Source: Hypanus sabinus (Eukaryota). From it: DNA of 64,000 bases. The notes beneath the pieces are model-generated. The model was not told where the DNA came from, searched no databases, and saw only the letters and a program-made list of their open reading frames with translations. Positions 37,097 to 50,251 of this stretch are shown in pieces (the stretch's first letter is position 1; every line of letters begins with the position of its first letter). A program made the translations under genes and the position numbers. The stretch lies in NCBI RefSeq assembly GCF_030144855.1, contig NW_026781450.1, forward strand, positions 1-64,000, in the 5' to 3' direction.

Positions 37097-38245
37097 CACA
37101 GAGGTTGAGAAGTCGAGCCGCCCCTGACAAAAACTATTCCGCACAGTCGCTGAAGGCTCAGGACCCGCTGTCTCCCACCACCAGGGGTCGCTGCACATTG
37201 AGCCTCAATATCCAGATGCAATTGCCTTTTGATTCTTCCCATCTGCACAACCCAGTAGGTAATATCAGGAAATCAGATCAGGAGAAAAAGGTATTTCCAC
37301 ACAAAAGGAATTCCGTGAACGACTCGAATTTCTTACGAAGCAGAAGTCTTTTGCCCAGCCCTCTTGGAACCACAGCAACATTTACAACTGAAGCAGTTAA
37401 ATTATTTGCAGGGATAGCGTTCAAAACCTGTCAGGAATGGAATTTGTTCACCCTCGTGTTCAGGTGGAGCCCGTCAGTCCTGTACCTTCCCCAGAACGCA
37501 TACCAGTGACATCACAACAGATGAACGAAAATTAATTATTGTTCGATAATAGAATGGTAGAAAGATATATCCATAGACAGATACAAACTACGACAGATGG
37601 ATGGGTAGATGGATAAATAGTTAGATTGATGGGTAGATAGGTAAATAAAGTGAGAGAGGGATTTAGAACGTGAGCNNNNNNNNNNNNNNNNNNNNNNNNN
37701 NNNNNNNNNNNNNNNNNNNNNNNNNNNNNNNNNNNNNNNNNNNNNNNNNNNNNNNNNNNNNNNNNNNNNNNNNNNNNNNNNNNNNNNNNNNNNNNNNNNN
37801 NNNNNNNNNNNNNNNNNNNNNNNNNNNNNNNNNNNNNNNNNNNNNNNNNNNNNNNNNNNNNNNNNNNNNNNNNNNNNNNNNNNNNNNNNNNNNNNNNNNN
37901 NNNNNNNNNNNNNNNNNNNNNNNNNNNNNNNNNCTGGAGACTAATAACTGCGACTTTATTGGTTATGGCTCCTAGACCTCTGATTAGTTAACCAATCAAA
38001 GGAAGTGCATTTCCTACGTCTGCTTCTTCATCACGCACGGACATTGTCGTTCAATACCAAACTGTATTTCCATCTTCGCCCTCTTTCGGTTGTTGAATTG
38101 TAATTGTGCTCGTTTATGACGCGCAGGAAGTGACGCAGCTGTCTACTGGCCAGCTGCATAGCAGTAGTCCAAACAGGAAACGCAAAGTGGTTCTCCTTGA
38201 ATGCTGGCATTGCGCTAACCATTTGATGGTCTCTAACTCGGGCCG

Positions 38246-38640
38246 ATGATGGCACGTGGGACACGTTGCATCCTAGTTATTCTGCCGTTGACCCCAAGTG
38301 AGTCAAAAACAGCACAGATCCATAGTAAGGTGCAGCGTTCTTGCTGGCCTCACGTCGTGCGACATTGGCCGTTGTTTAGCTTGGTAGAGGGTCAGAACCT
38401 CCGTCCGAACTCATGTCCCGAAACTGCAAGGTCAGACCACCAATGACCAAGCACCAGTGGACGGCCGTCCCTCTCCCCTTTGTATTCAGTCATTGAAATT
38501 GATAGTTTTCTCTATCGTTAAACATATGTTCATTTTCATTTCAGCAATGGATGTGACCTCGCTGGTTTACCCAATGTGGCCGGTAACTTTTATGTACTCG
38601 AGTTCTGTTTTTTCAGAATACTTGGTTGATTATTGCAAGT
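38246..38640 (+). pseudogene. Truncated V relic: leader plus 5' V-exon remnant
   Basis: MMARGTRCILVILPLTP with GTGAGT donor (38246-38297), an upstream CAGGAAGTGACGCA, and a downstream DVTSLVYPMWPVT remnant. No RSS. Confidence 0.5.
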
Positions 38641-39074
38641 AAGAGTATGATAGATTTGCCATCTTACATGGGTTCTGGTCGCGTACGTGAACGGCGTGAA
38701 ATGATCAGCAAATGTGGGGGGTTCGGGGTAGAAGGGCAGGACACTCACCGGGAATGGTGCGGAACGACGACAAACAGCGGGTCTTTGGTGTACAGGCATA
38801 GGGAATGCACAGTGAATGATGTGATTAGATGCCAGGGTAAAGGAGTCACTGTGATGGGTGGGTGTGACGAGGGAGAGACGGACAGTTTCTCTGCTGCGCC
38901 GGAGGAGGCTTATATCTCGAATCGGGGCTGGTTCAAGGAAGGGGCGTGGCTGATCGCTGCTTACGCAAAACATCTACGTCACTGGGATACGTAGCAAACG
39001 GGGTAAAAGTGAATGGATTCATCTCTGCTGCACGCAGTTCTTCCATCATTCAGAGAATAAAACCGCCAGGAAAG

Positions 39075-39704
39075 ATGTTCCTGTTTCTGCGGTTCATCAT
39101 TACCTTCCACTGTGAGTGAACTTGACAAAAAATATTCTTTTATTTTTTTGCGTCTCTGTTTCCTTTCAGATTCCCCCTCACTTGCGTTACCTTCCGCTAG
39201 TCTCGCAAACTTTATTTATTTAGTTACGAATCATCGCGTCCTCACACTATCTCCCTCAGCCGCCGCCTCTAAATTCCGTCCACCTCTGGAGCTCTCCCGA
39301 CTTCAGATCTTCTCTTCCCTTCCCTCAATGTACCCTCTTTCTCCCCTTCCCTATTAACCCTGGTGTCCGTGTTCATTCACCACCTATTTTTCTATTTTTT
39401 CTAGACGCGACCACGGTGAGGATCCACCAGTCATCGGATTTCTCTGCCCTTCCTGGCCAGAAGGTGTCGCTGCGGTGCACAGTCAACGGTAGCAGCAGTG
39501 CTGGTAACGTGTTGTACTGGTATGGGCAATACCCGGGAAAGGGTCCGGAGAACATGTTTTACTCAACGACAGCTACGTACGTCCAGCCAGAGGGATTGTT
39601 CGACGGTTTTTACGGCGGAGAGATCGCAGAGCAACGAGTTCTTCCTGAAGTCCGACAAGCTGGAAGCGAATTCGTCGGCAGTGTATTTCTGCGCCTGGAG
39701 TGAT
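39075..39704 (+). pseudogene. TRBV: V13: family A1 V with a single frameshift (pseudogene or assembly error)
   Basis: Leader 39075-39111; exon from 39405. T5 instead of T4 at 39607-39611. RSS CACGGCG (39705-39711), 23 bp, ACAAAAACT (39735-39743). Confidence 0.85.
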
Positions 39705-41289
39705 CACGGCGGCTCAGAGAGATGGGACAGCTGTACAAAAACTCTTACTGTCAGTTGGGGTCGCTGCTGGCAGCTGAACAGGAAAATGCGACCTGTCAAT
39801 CAGCGGTCGGGAGGAGGTTCCATCAGTGAGGCGCTGCGCCCTGGCGATCAATCAGCTGAGAGAATGGGCGGAACTATTGCTTTTAATGCCCATCTGATTA
39901 ATTATTGATATGGGTGAAGATAATCTGCAAACTGAACTTTCCACGCCATCATTCCTTTTTATGTGCAAACTCCCCGCATACCTCCAGCGCCAGAGGTTCG
40001 TAACCGTTGAGTGCGACTGGCCATCGCTCATCGTGGGCCGTCCGCAGGTTCAAATCTACCGCTCCTTATCCGATTTGTTCATTCGCCGAAGAACAGCACA
40101 AGCAGGGACGTTGGGGACTGTTGAGGATCAGAGGGACTCCGGTTTATAAGGGTCGGAGGTAAAAGTTGTGAATGGTGGGGAGTGTCGAGGGACAGTGAGA
40201 TCATCTTATAGAAGGATATGACTAACAAACCGCCCATGGTGGGGAGTGCCCAGCGACAAACGGTGCCTAATGGGTTGAACACACTCTTTGAAGAAGTACA
40301 GGCTGGAAGGTGATGGAAAAGATCAGGCGAGGGGGAATGATGGGTGGATGGGGTTGTGATGGCTTCTGTATGAGATGCCGGGAGGAGACAGCTGGAAGAG
40401 ATAAAGAGAGGAAGTAGAAGTCCCCTGACACTGGAGAGTTGTGGATCATGGGAAAACAGTCAGAGGACGGAACCAGAAGGACATGATGGACAGGTGAGTA
40501 TATAATAGGTAGTTGAGTGTCTAACAGATGGAATGGAACGAACAGGTGGTGGGAGGCAAATTAGCAAACCAGATAGAATCTTGCCTTTGCTGTCAGCGAA
40601 GCAGGAAAGAGGACTTTTCTAAATCAGAGGCTGGGAGGAGAGTTCTTCGTCCGGCGGTTCCCCCTCGCGACGAATCAATGAAAAAAGTTGCGGAGCTATT
40701 TCACCCTGGCTTTTAATTTCCTCCTTTTATAAAAAAGGGGGAGCTGTTGTTACACTGATCATCCCACTACATCTTTCCTTTCGTACGGTGCTCACACATC
40801 ATTGCTCCAGGAAGGTTGTAATTTTTGAGTACGTCAATAATATTCATTCTCCCGGATCAATTCTCCCGCATGTTATCTCCTTTGTCCGTCCGTGGAAAAT
40901 CGGAATGATGGGACTTTCGGACGGTTCCCGAACAGAGGGACCCCAGTGTATAAGGGTGGGAAATACACACGGTGAATGGTGTGGAGTATTCGGGGACAGA
41001 GGGCCAACTGTGTACAGCAGTAGGACAATCGCCGTGAATGTTGCTGACTGTGGAAGGACAAGAGGAACTTCGGAGAAGGGTAAGAGACAGCAGGGTCATG
41101 TTAAATGATCGGGCGAGATAGGAAAAACACCGTTAGGACACACACCGTGGATGGAGCCTCCTGGTCCATCCCTTCTTGGTCTGCACTTCTGATGCTGAGG
41201 TCTTCAGTCACTCCCGATACTCAGGGATTAGAAATACATCCAGACAAACTGCTCTAGCAATGTGTGGACGTGGGATTGCGTGAACTCAG

Positions 41290-41500
41290 TGTAACAGTGG
41301 TCCAGATTGTGATTTCCTCTAGTACTGCGGGTGATCTGGTGTAATAATGATTAGTGACATTATTAGACCAGACTGGTTATAAACCCCCAACATGCGGTGA
41401 AGGCATCGGGACGGGCTATTTTATATCTGTTGATTAAATCGCACATTTTGTCCAGAGCCCGTTTGGCATGAGCCTGAGGTGGAATGTACACCGCCACCGA
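41290..41500 (-). mobile_element. Rex1/Babar-like endonuclease fragment
   Basis: AVYIPPQAHAKRALDKMCDLINRYKIARPDAF. Confidence 0.7.
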
Positions 41501-41959
41501 AAGAATCGTCTGAGATCTCCTGCGGCAGCTAAAATCGCCAGCACTAAATTGTGAGGCATTCCCGGTCTGGAATGCAAATGCCTTTGGAATATCCGAAGCT
41601 GGAAGGAACATATCACGGGAAAAAGGTTTAAAGTAATTGGCGAATGAATCCTACGGAAGCCGGGGTGACTGGACAACCATCACTTCCTCAAATCTGTCCA
41701 TAACACGATGGCAGTTAGATTCGGCTTTGCTGTGAGGTTCTGGCGAAGGGCGGGTACTTTCTGGCCATGGAAGCGAAGCACCGGTCAAGAAGAGATAAAT
41801 GAATAAATTGGATCTCAATTGGGATGCGTATTGGGGTCCCGAAAGCCTATGGGCTAATTATGCTCAACCGATTTTCCAGCCTGGAAACATCCAAACCCTT
41901 CCGCTTTGCATGCTTACACCTCGGCTTTTGCCGTCAGCTTCTCAACAGCGTAAATCATT

Positions 41960-43040
41960 CAAAGGACGTGATGTAATTGTCACACAGCCAACGGGAAGAC
42001 AGTTCCTTTACCAGGCCGCGCAGAGAGACGTCCCTGACATCTGATACTAAGATTAATTCGGTTCCACATGGCGGAACTACCCTCATCCTGTAAACGATGG
42101 TGCGGGGGTCACTGACTCTGGTGGCGATCTCGTGTAAGTTGAAATCAGAGGTTTGAGGGTAAGAGGGTGCGGAATACACTCTGTAGTGCAGTATCGGTTA
42201 GGTTTCCTCGTCCGATCACTGATAACTCGTTAACGCGTTTTTTAGTGCCGGATAGAGACTTTAAATGGCGTCTCCTTCAGCTTGGAAGAGGATTATCAGG
42301 GATTTTTTTTTTTTCCGAGGGTGTGTCGGATACTGCGCCAAACTGAAAGCGGACCAAACGAGAATGTGCGAATATGCCTGCAGAGTATTCAACCACAATC
42401 CTTCACTCTGTTNNNNNNNNNNNNNNNNNNNNNNNNNNNNNNNNNNNNNNNNNNNNNNNNNNNNNNNNNNNNNNNNNNNNNNNNNNNNNNNNNNNNNNNN
42501 NNNNNNNNNNNNNNNNNNNNNNNNNNNNNNNNNNNNNNNNNNNNNNNNNNNNNNNNNNNNNNNNNNNNNNNNNNNNNNNNNNNNNNNNNNNNNNNNNNNN
42601 NNNNNNNNNNNNGAAGACAGTTCCTTTACCAGGCCGCGCAGAGAGACGTCCTGACATCTGATACTAAGATTAATTCGGTTCCACATGGCGGAACTACCCT
42701 CATCCTGTAAACGATGGTGCGGGGGTCACTGACTCTGGTGGCGATCTCGTGTAAGTTGAAATCAGAGGTTTGAGGGTAAGAGGGTGCGGAATACACTCTG
42801 TAGTGCAGTATCGGTTAGGTTTCCTCGTCCGATCACTGATAACTCGTTAACGCGTTTTTTAGTGCCGGATAGAGACTTTAAATGGCGTCTCCTTCAGCTT
42901 GGAAGAGGATATCAGGGATTTTTTTTTTCCGAGGGTGTGTCGGATACTGCGCCAAACTGAAAGCGGACCAAACGAGAATGTGCGAATATGCTGCAGAGTA
43001 TTCAACCACAATCCTTCACTCTGTTTGCATGACGACCACT
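41960..43040 (+). pseudogene. Family B promoter, leader and intron relic with the V exon deleted (leader appears twice across a gap)
   Basis: ATGGTGCGGGGGTCAC..GTAAGTT at about 42097 and 42713. The intron is homologous to that of V20 but joins directly to the Penelope-like fragment. Confidence 0.7.
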
Positions 43041-43049
43041 CGTGTCAAG

Positions 43050-43375
43050 AAGAGGCCTCCCTCAAGGTAAAGGAACAACCGCTTATGTTCCACCTTGGTA
43101 CCCTCCAACCTGATGGTGTGTATTAGTTAGCTTTTTATTCTTCTCGCCTGATTATTACTTCCACCTTGGCCCTCACCTCCTTCCCCTTCCCCTGTTTTCC
43201 TTCTCCTCTCCTATCATATTCCTCTAACTCCAGCCCTTGTCCTTTCCCTTCCACCTGACTTCACCTATCAAATTCTAGCTGGCATTTACCCATCCCGCAG
43301 CTTTTAATTCAGGCAGCGTCCTTCCCCCACCCCCGTATCAACTTTTCACTCTCTGTCCTGATGAAGGGTCTCGGG
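43050..43375 (+). mobile_element. Penelope-like 3' fragment
   Basis: EEASLKVKEQPLMFHLGTLQPDG plus a tail ending GTCCTGATGAAGGGTCTCGG. Confidence 0.65.
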
Positions 43376-43649
43376 CTGAGAACTGGAGCGCGAGTCTCCG
43401 AACATGGAAAACCTTCAATTTATTCCCCAAGAGGTGCAGAACGGGATTTTGGCCACTTGGGGGCAGCAGCACACTGTATATCGCTGCACATTATCTGACT
43501 CGAACGGCACACAACAACGCGCAAAAGTTATACCGGTGCATCTGTAAAAGTTTGCTCTACACCTGTAGCAATGCTAATACCTCGCACATGCATCTATGCC
43601 TTCTATAGTTATGTACTTGATGTGGAAAACATCCGTTTGGTGACCTCCT

Positions 43650-44170
43650 GCATCCAATAAAATGCACACTCACAGCATGTTGGTGATCCCCTGCTGTTGC
43701 AGCCCATCCGCTTCAAGGTTCAACATATTGTGCATTCAGAGATGCTCCTCTGCACACCACAGTTGTAACACGTGGGAACTGGAATTACTGCCGCCGTCCT
43801 CTCAGCTTGAAAGAGTCTGGCAGTTCTCCTCCAACCTCGGCCATTGACAGGACGATTTCACCCACACAATTACCACAACAGTGTTTCGCGCCATTCTCTG
43901 TAAACACAAGAGAAGGTTGTGTGTGAATATCCCAGGAGTTCAGCAGTTTCTTACATACGGATCCTCACCCGGATTGAAACCAATAAGCATTCCATATTCA
44001 AAGTAAATTAGATCGCATTTCTTCCCTGTTCTGATGTTTGGACTGAACAGAAATGCAACCTCTTGTGCATTTCTGCATGCTCTTATGCATTGACTTGCTG
44101 CAACACGATTGGTTGATGAATCATTTGCATTAACAAGTAGGTGAAGTGCCGTCTAATAAAGTGGCCACAT
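43650..44170 (-). mobile_element. Tc1-like fragment (segmental-duplication copy)
   Basis: Inverted copy of 7640-8165. Confidence 0.8.
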
Positions 44171-45732
44171 CATCTGAGTAAAGAATGAAAACGTGGACAG
44201 ATGGGTTTGTAAGTTTGAAAGCGACACAATGATTGTCGGCGTCAAGGATGTTAGAGCGGGTTGTCAACAAAGAGAGCGGGTTATCTGTGTGGTCAGTGCG
44301 TAGCTGAGCTGATAATGAGGCCACTGAGTGTACGTTGTGTTGTCTTTATTATCTCCTCTGCAGACCTTCGCTGCTCCTTCTCACCTTTCACAGTATTCCG
44401 TCTGGAGGAGAGATGCCCAACCCGAGGCAGCAGCATATTGAGCTGCTACTGATTTTCGCTTCTGTTCCTAGCAGGAGACAAACGACTTTCTGTGTTTGCC
44501 GTAACACCACCACTTCTGCGTCGACTCGCCACGAAATTCCCTGTGACTTTCATGCACTTTCAGTCTGCGGGTCCAGAGTCAGTGAATCAGTAGACACACA
44601 CAAATGCATTACGGATAATTCNNNNNNNNNNNNNNNNNNNNNNNNNNNNNNNNNNNNNNNNNNNNNNNNNNNNNNNNNNNNNNNNNNNNNNNNNNNNNNN
44701 NNNNNNNNNNNNNNNNNNNNNNNNNNNNNNNNNNNNNNNNNNNNNNNNNNNNNNNNNNNNNNNNNNNNNNNNNNNNNNNNNNNNNNNNNNNNNNNNNNNN
44801 NNNNNNNNNNNNNNNNNNNNNNNNNNNNNNNNNNNNNNTGCGCACTCAAACCGGCTCACAAATAGCCAGCGCGCCGGCATAAAGGCCAGTCCCAAAGAGG
44901 CGCCAGGTCTGTTTCACCAGCAAAGGTAAAAGCCTGCGCGGGACTGTGAATACGTGCCCCCTACAGCATCCGAGCCCGTGGAGTGCGGGATCAGGGAGGC
45001 TTTAAAGCGAGGCAGCGAAGTTCGAATAAAATCTTCTTTAACAGCAGTTTACCGAATTCCGTGTCGTTATTCAGCGCTGCGNNNNNNNNNNNNNNNNNNN
45101 NNNNNNNNNNNNNNNNNNNNNNNNNNNNNNNNNNNNNNNNNNNNNNNNNNNNNNNNNNNNNNNNNNNNNNNNNNNNNNNNNNNNNNNNNNNNNNNNNNNN
45201 NNNNNNNNNNNNNNNNNNNNNNNNNNNNNNNNNNNNNNNNNNNNNNNNNNNNNNNNNNNNNNNNNNNNNNNNNNNNNNNNNNNNNNNNNNNAGAGAGAGA
45301 NNNNNNNNNNNNNNNNNNNNNNNNNNNNNNNNNNNNNNNNNNNNNNNNNNNNNNNNNNNNNNNNNNNNNNNNNNNNNNNNNNNNNNNNNNNNNNNNNNNN
45401 NNNNNNNNNNNNNNNNNNNNNNNNNNNNNNNNNNNNNNNNNNNNNNNNNNNNNNNNNNNNNNNNNNNNNNNNNNATGCACCGAGGCAATCACCACTTGTC
45501 TACCGTTGTGAAAGGGATGTGTTAAGTCAAGAAGAGACAGTTGATAATTCGGCAGAGTATAACCGCGCATGCCTCGATTCTCATTGGCCAAAAGAAGCTT
45601 GGGGCGTGGCCATACGTTTCACCAATGACCATTCAGGTCACTGAGCTACATCACAATCGGGACCAAAGTGAATGGATTCATTGCTCCTGAACACAACACT
45701 TTCACTCGGGACGGAATAAAGTTCCAGGGAAG

Positions 45733-46308
45733 ATGTTGCTGTTTCTCCAGCTGATCGTCTCCTTCCACTGTGAGGGAAATTTGCTAATATTCTTTCCTCT
45801 CTTTTCCCTAGGGTGATCCTCAATTCCTTTCGTCCTGTGGCTTTTCTATCTCATTATGCGCTTTTCTCCGCACATTTCCATCCTCACTATAATCTTTATT
45901 CGTACCGACCGCCGCCCAAAGATACAACAAATTCAATCCTCCCTCCTCTATACACCGCCGTTCTCGCTTCCGCACACTCACCTCTTTTCACTCCCACTCT
46001 CTTCCTCAGATGTGACCCCGGTGACAATCCGCCAGATTCCAGCTTTCTCCAGTCCTACCAGCCGGGCTGTGACGCTGAACTGTACTGTCGAGGGGAGTAG
46101 CAACACGGCTGATACGATGGTCTGGTACAGACAATACCGGGGACAGGGTCTGGAGAACTTGTTCTACTCTACATATGTCGGGCGCGTAGACCCAAAGGGG
46201 TCGCTGTACGGCTTTACCGCAGAGAGGCCAAGCAGCTACGTCTTCAGGCTGAGCTCCGTCGGCTTGGAGGCGAATTCGTCAGCCGTGTACTTCTGTGCCT
46301 GGAGTGAT
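45733..46308 (+). CDS. TRBV: V14: intact TCR beta V gene, family A2
   Basis: Leader 45733-45769; exon 46010-46308 is open and ends YFCAWS. RSS CACAGCG (46309-46315), 23 bp, ACAAAAACC (46339-46347). Confidence 0.95.
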
Positions 46309-47519
46309 CACAGCGACTGGGTCAGACGGAGGAGCTGAACAAAAACCTCACCGGCTTGATGTCAGTCTGAGCGTGGGTGTGAGCCTGTCCGACAGGTGGC
46401 GCTGCGTTGCTGTCACTGAGAGAAACAAAGGGCGACGATATCTCACCTGCTCTTGTCATGCATATCTTTTGTTAGGCCTTACAATGACTGAAGCGATTCT
46501 GCACAGACATCTTTGCAGCCGTTCTAATTTTTGTTTGCTCAGGTAAAAGCTTCCGATGATCAGTTAGAGAGATACTACCCTCATCTTAATTCGCCACCCA
46601 GTAAATACTCCACCTTTAATCCCTGACATTCATTGGTCGAAACACAAAATGGTAGGACAATTGGCGTGTTGAGAAACAGAGGGACCTGGGTGTACAAAGG
46701 TAGGGCGCACACTGTGAACGGCGTGAAATGATCAGGAACAGTGGGACTTCAGTGCAGAAGGGCAGGACACACACCGGGAATGGTGCACAACGATGACAAA
46801 CAGCGGGCCTGCGGTGCAGAAGGATAGGACATACACAGTGAATTGTGTGAAGTGATGACGAACACCGGGCCATCGGTGTAGAAGGGTAGGACTCAGAGTG
46901 CATGGTGGGAAGTCTCGAGGGACCGGGGGATCCCGGTGAACAGGGGTATGACACACACAGTAAATGGTGTGAAGTGTTGAGGAACACGGGGACCTGAGGT
47001 GAACAGCCTGTCCTACACTCGGTAGGTTCAGCACTCAGGGACCTCAGGAATGGAAATCTTTCACGCACAACAGAAACCTGCCGTCAACAAAAAAAAAAAA
47101 CGGTAAGCCAAATGTCATGAAGGAAGACGGCATGGTGTTGTTATTCGTTGGAGTAGATGGCGCAGGCATTTCTCGTTCGTTCTTCCCTTGACGTTCAAAT
47201 GAGGGAAATTCTTCCGTACAAGGAACTTAACAATCAGTACATGACCGTGTTGATCCTAACTTGCCTGTGAGGGAAATTAGATTGAGACTTCTCGCCCATT
47301 TGTCCCGTGACCCATCTCTGTGGGCACTTCCTCAGCTGCACCTGAGGGAGGTCTATCTCTCTAATCGGGGCAGGTTCAAGGAAGGGGCGTGGCTGATTGC
47401 TGCTTGGGTTAAACTACATTACGTCACTGGGATACGTAACAAACGGGGTCGGAGTGAATGGATTCATCTCTGCCGCACGCACCGCGTCCATCAATGTGAG
47501 GTTAAACCCGCCAAGGAAG

Positions 47520-48152
47520 ATGTTTCTGTTTCTGCATTTCATCCTCGCCTTCCGCTGTGAGTGAAAGTCCACAAATATTGTGTTTTTTTTCTGCTTCTGC
47601 CTACATTTTACATTCCCTTCACTTGCTTTGCCCTTCAGTAGTCTCGTATTCATTACTTATTTCTCCACCTGCCATCGCGTCCGCGCATACTATCCGCCCA
47701 CGCCGCCGTCTATAAATTCCCACCTCCTCTGGAGCTTTCCCGGCTCTGTCATCCCCTTTCCGTCCCTCAATGCACCCTCTTTCTCCCCTTCCCAAATGAC
47801 CCGGGTCCCAGTGTTTAATCACCGCATTTTGCCTCCCCCGCCTCTTTTTCCAGACGCGACGGCAGTGACGATCCACCAGACTCCGGCTTTCTCCGGACCC
47901 CCCGGCCAGAATGTGACCCTGCGGTGCACATTCGAGGGTAGTACCAGTGCTAACAACTGGTTGTACTGGTACCGACAATACCCGGGAACCGGTCCGGAGT
48001 ACATGTTTCACTCGAGCAGAGCTAATTCCGTGCTGCCAGAGAAATTGGTCGGCGGTTTTACGGCGGAGAGACCGCAGACGGAAGAGTTCTTCCTGAAGTC
48101 CGACAAACTGGAGGCGGATTCTTCGGCCGTGTATTTCTGCGCCTGGAGTATT
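47520..48152 (+). CDS. TRBV: V15: intact TCR beta V gene, family A1
   Basis: Leader 47520-47556; exon 47854-48152 is open. RSS CACGGCG (48153-48159), 23 bp, ACAAAAACC (48183-48191). Confidence 0.95.
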
Positions 48153-49234
48153 CACGGCGGCTCAGAGTGACGGGGCAGCTGTACAAAAACCTCGCCGTCA
48201 GAAGTGTTACTGTTGTCAGCAAAACAGGAAACACGTCTACTGTCAATCATAGTGTGGGAGGTGGGCCTGTCGTACAGTCATGTGCTCCTCGTGTCCAATC
48301 AGTGAAGTAAAGGGCGATGCCATTGTACCGCAGCTTTGAATTTCTTCCACTTCTGAAGCATTCAGTTGACAATCCGCACACTCACCTCTCCACTCCATTC
48401 TTCCCTGTTACGTGCGCCCCCCCCCCCACACACATCATCGGCCTGAGAGGATGGGAAACTTTGAGTTCGCCTATAATGTTCACTCTCTACGTTCAGTTTA
48501 CCCATGAGTGGAAACACAGAATACGAGGAATACTGGGCGGTTCGGGAACAGAAGAATCTCGGGGTATTAGGTTTTGATAAAAAAACTCCGAGATGTTTGA
48601 GAATATTGAGGAACAGAGGGGTTTCGGTAGAAAAGTTGGCTGGCTGGCTGGTGTAGCGCCCAGAGCCGGATAAGGCGAGTCGCTGCTGACAAAATCCTTC
48701 CGCCCTCTCGCTGCCACACTTTGGGTCAGAGAGAAGATTGACTTTCCGTCACGACCAGCTGGCTGGTGCTCCCTCGGACACTCTATACTGGCTCTTCCTC
48801 CACGCTCTGTACTTACTGGCATTTTGGATCAGCTAACGTGAAATATCACTATCGCCTGCTGTTCCCGCATACCTTCCGTCTGTCCCGGCCGTTCCCCTCC
48901 ATACAACATCCAGGCGGCTTTTCCCCATTTGCTTCCTGTCTCAGCCCTACAGACACCATTTGTCCTCTAATCTTCTCTTGTCTTTTCCTACCGTTTCTCA
49001 AACAGGCCGCTTATTTTGAGGGTGTGGTAAAGTGGCGTTTAGTTTCTGCAATCGAAGCAAAACACGGTTGAAGCTCTATTCTGGTTGCGTAATCACTGCC
49101 CTCGGGAACATTGTCCAATTATTTTAAACCGGCTTCCCATTGATGTGCGCCTCCCAGCTTCAAATCGTCCGAACGTATCTGCATTGCATGAACTCACCTC
49201 GGGCATTATCGTCAGTCCGAAGGCGTACACCGTA

Positions 49235-49249
49235 GCGGAAGTGACGTCA
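49235..49249 (+). promoter_or_regulatory. ETS-CRE composite GCGGAAGTGACGTCA, V16 promoter
   Basis: Exact 15-mer 107 bp upstream of the ATG. Confidence 0.75.
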
Positions 49250-49356
49250 TCGCCACAAAAACAACGAGAATCTCTTTCCCTTATCAGACCACACAGATAG
49301 ACTTCCCTGAGAGTTGGCTCTGACCTTCACATAGAGGAAACATCCTCATCCTTTAG

Positions 49357-50251
49357 ATGATGGTGCGGAGGATTGTTTGCCTCCCGCTGATCGTGGCGAT
49401 GATCCCAGGTAAGTACAAATCACAGATCTCGGGGAAAGGGTGTGGAACGACGTGCTTCAGCATCGTACGTGGTTGGGCTTGGCAGATCTTCTGGACATGA
49501 GGCCGAGGTGTTGATGCCTACCTTGCTACTCATGAGCCGAATGTGAAAGCGCCTTCCCACTGATAAATCCTTGCCGCGCTGGTCGAACAGACCCGATTGA
49601 AATTGCGCGTCTCCTTCGGTTTCGCTAAGCTCGGAAGCGGGTATCGGGATTACTCCGAGGGTGCGTGGGGATCTGCGCCAAAATTGAAACTAGACCAAAT
49701 GAGATTATGCTTAACGACATTTAAACCCGCTTCCTCACTGCGGTTCGAAGAGTCTCATTTTGTCTGAATTAGAGTGCATGTGTGTCAGGATGGTGTATTG
49801 CGCCAATTTCACGGTGCAGAATAGTGTGAAACTTCGGGTTAACCGGAGAGTGGACAGAATATTTTGGGAACGCCAGCCCATTCCTGCTGTCCAGATCACA
49901 CGCGAACTGATCAGCCATTGAGGGAAATTGGAGTCTAATCGATTTTCTGTTTTACAGGGATTCTGACCGTGTTCGTTGACCAGTCGCCTTCCTCCTTGTC
50001 AATCAGAGAGGGTGAGATGGGCAGCGTCTCGTGTACGCTGCTGAAAACGGACTATACACTCTTGTATTGGTACAGGCAGCGACCCGGCCGGGCAATAGAT
50101 TGTCTCTTCTATTCTGCTGGACAAGGTATGGTCACGAACTACACATCCGATTCCTACACAGCGACAAGACCCAGCAGCACTCTGTTTAAACTGGAACTGG
50201 GACGGGCATCGGCCTCCCACTCCGCCGTCTACTACTGCGCTTGTAGTAGCG
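49357..50251 (+). CDS. TRBV: V16: intact TCR beta V gene, family B
   Basis: Leader 49357-49408; exon 49958-50251 ends YYCACSS. RSS CACAGAG (50252-50258), 23 bp, ACAAAAACC (50282-50290). Confidence 0.95.

Noticed and set aside
36784-37509. 241-aa ORF extending V12 (and the 174-aa ORF at V17)
   Set aside because: This is read-through from intron through V exon and RSS into flank. No constant domain or transmembrane segment follows.
46290-46300. Cryptic heptamer TTCTGTG in FR3 of A2 genes (V-replacement site)
   Set aside because: It follows from Phe-Cys codons and has no properly spaced nonamer, so there is no specific evidence of use.
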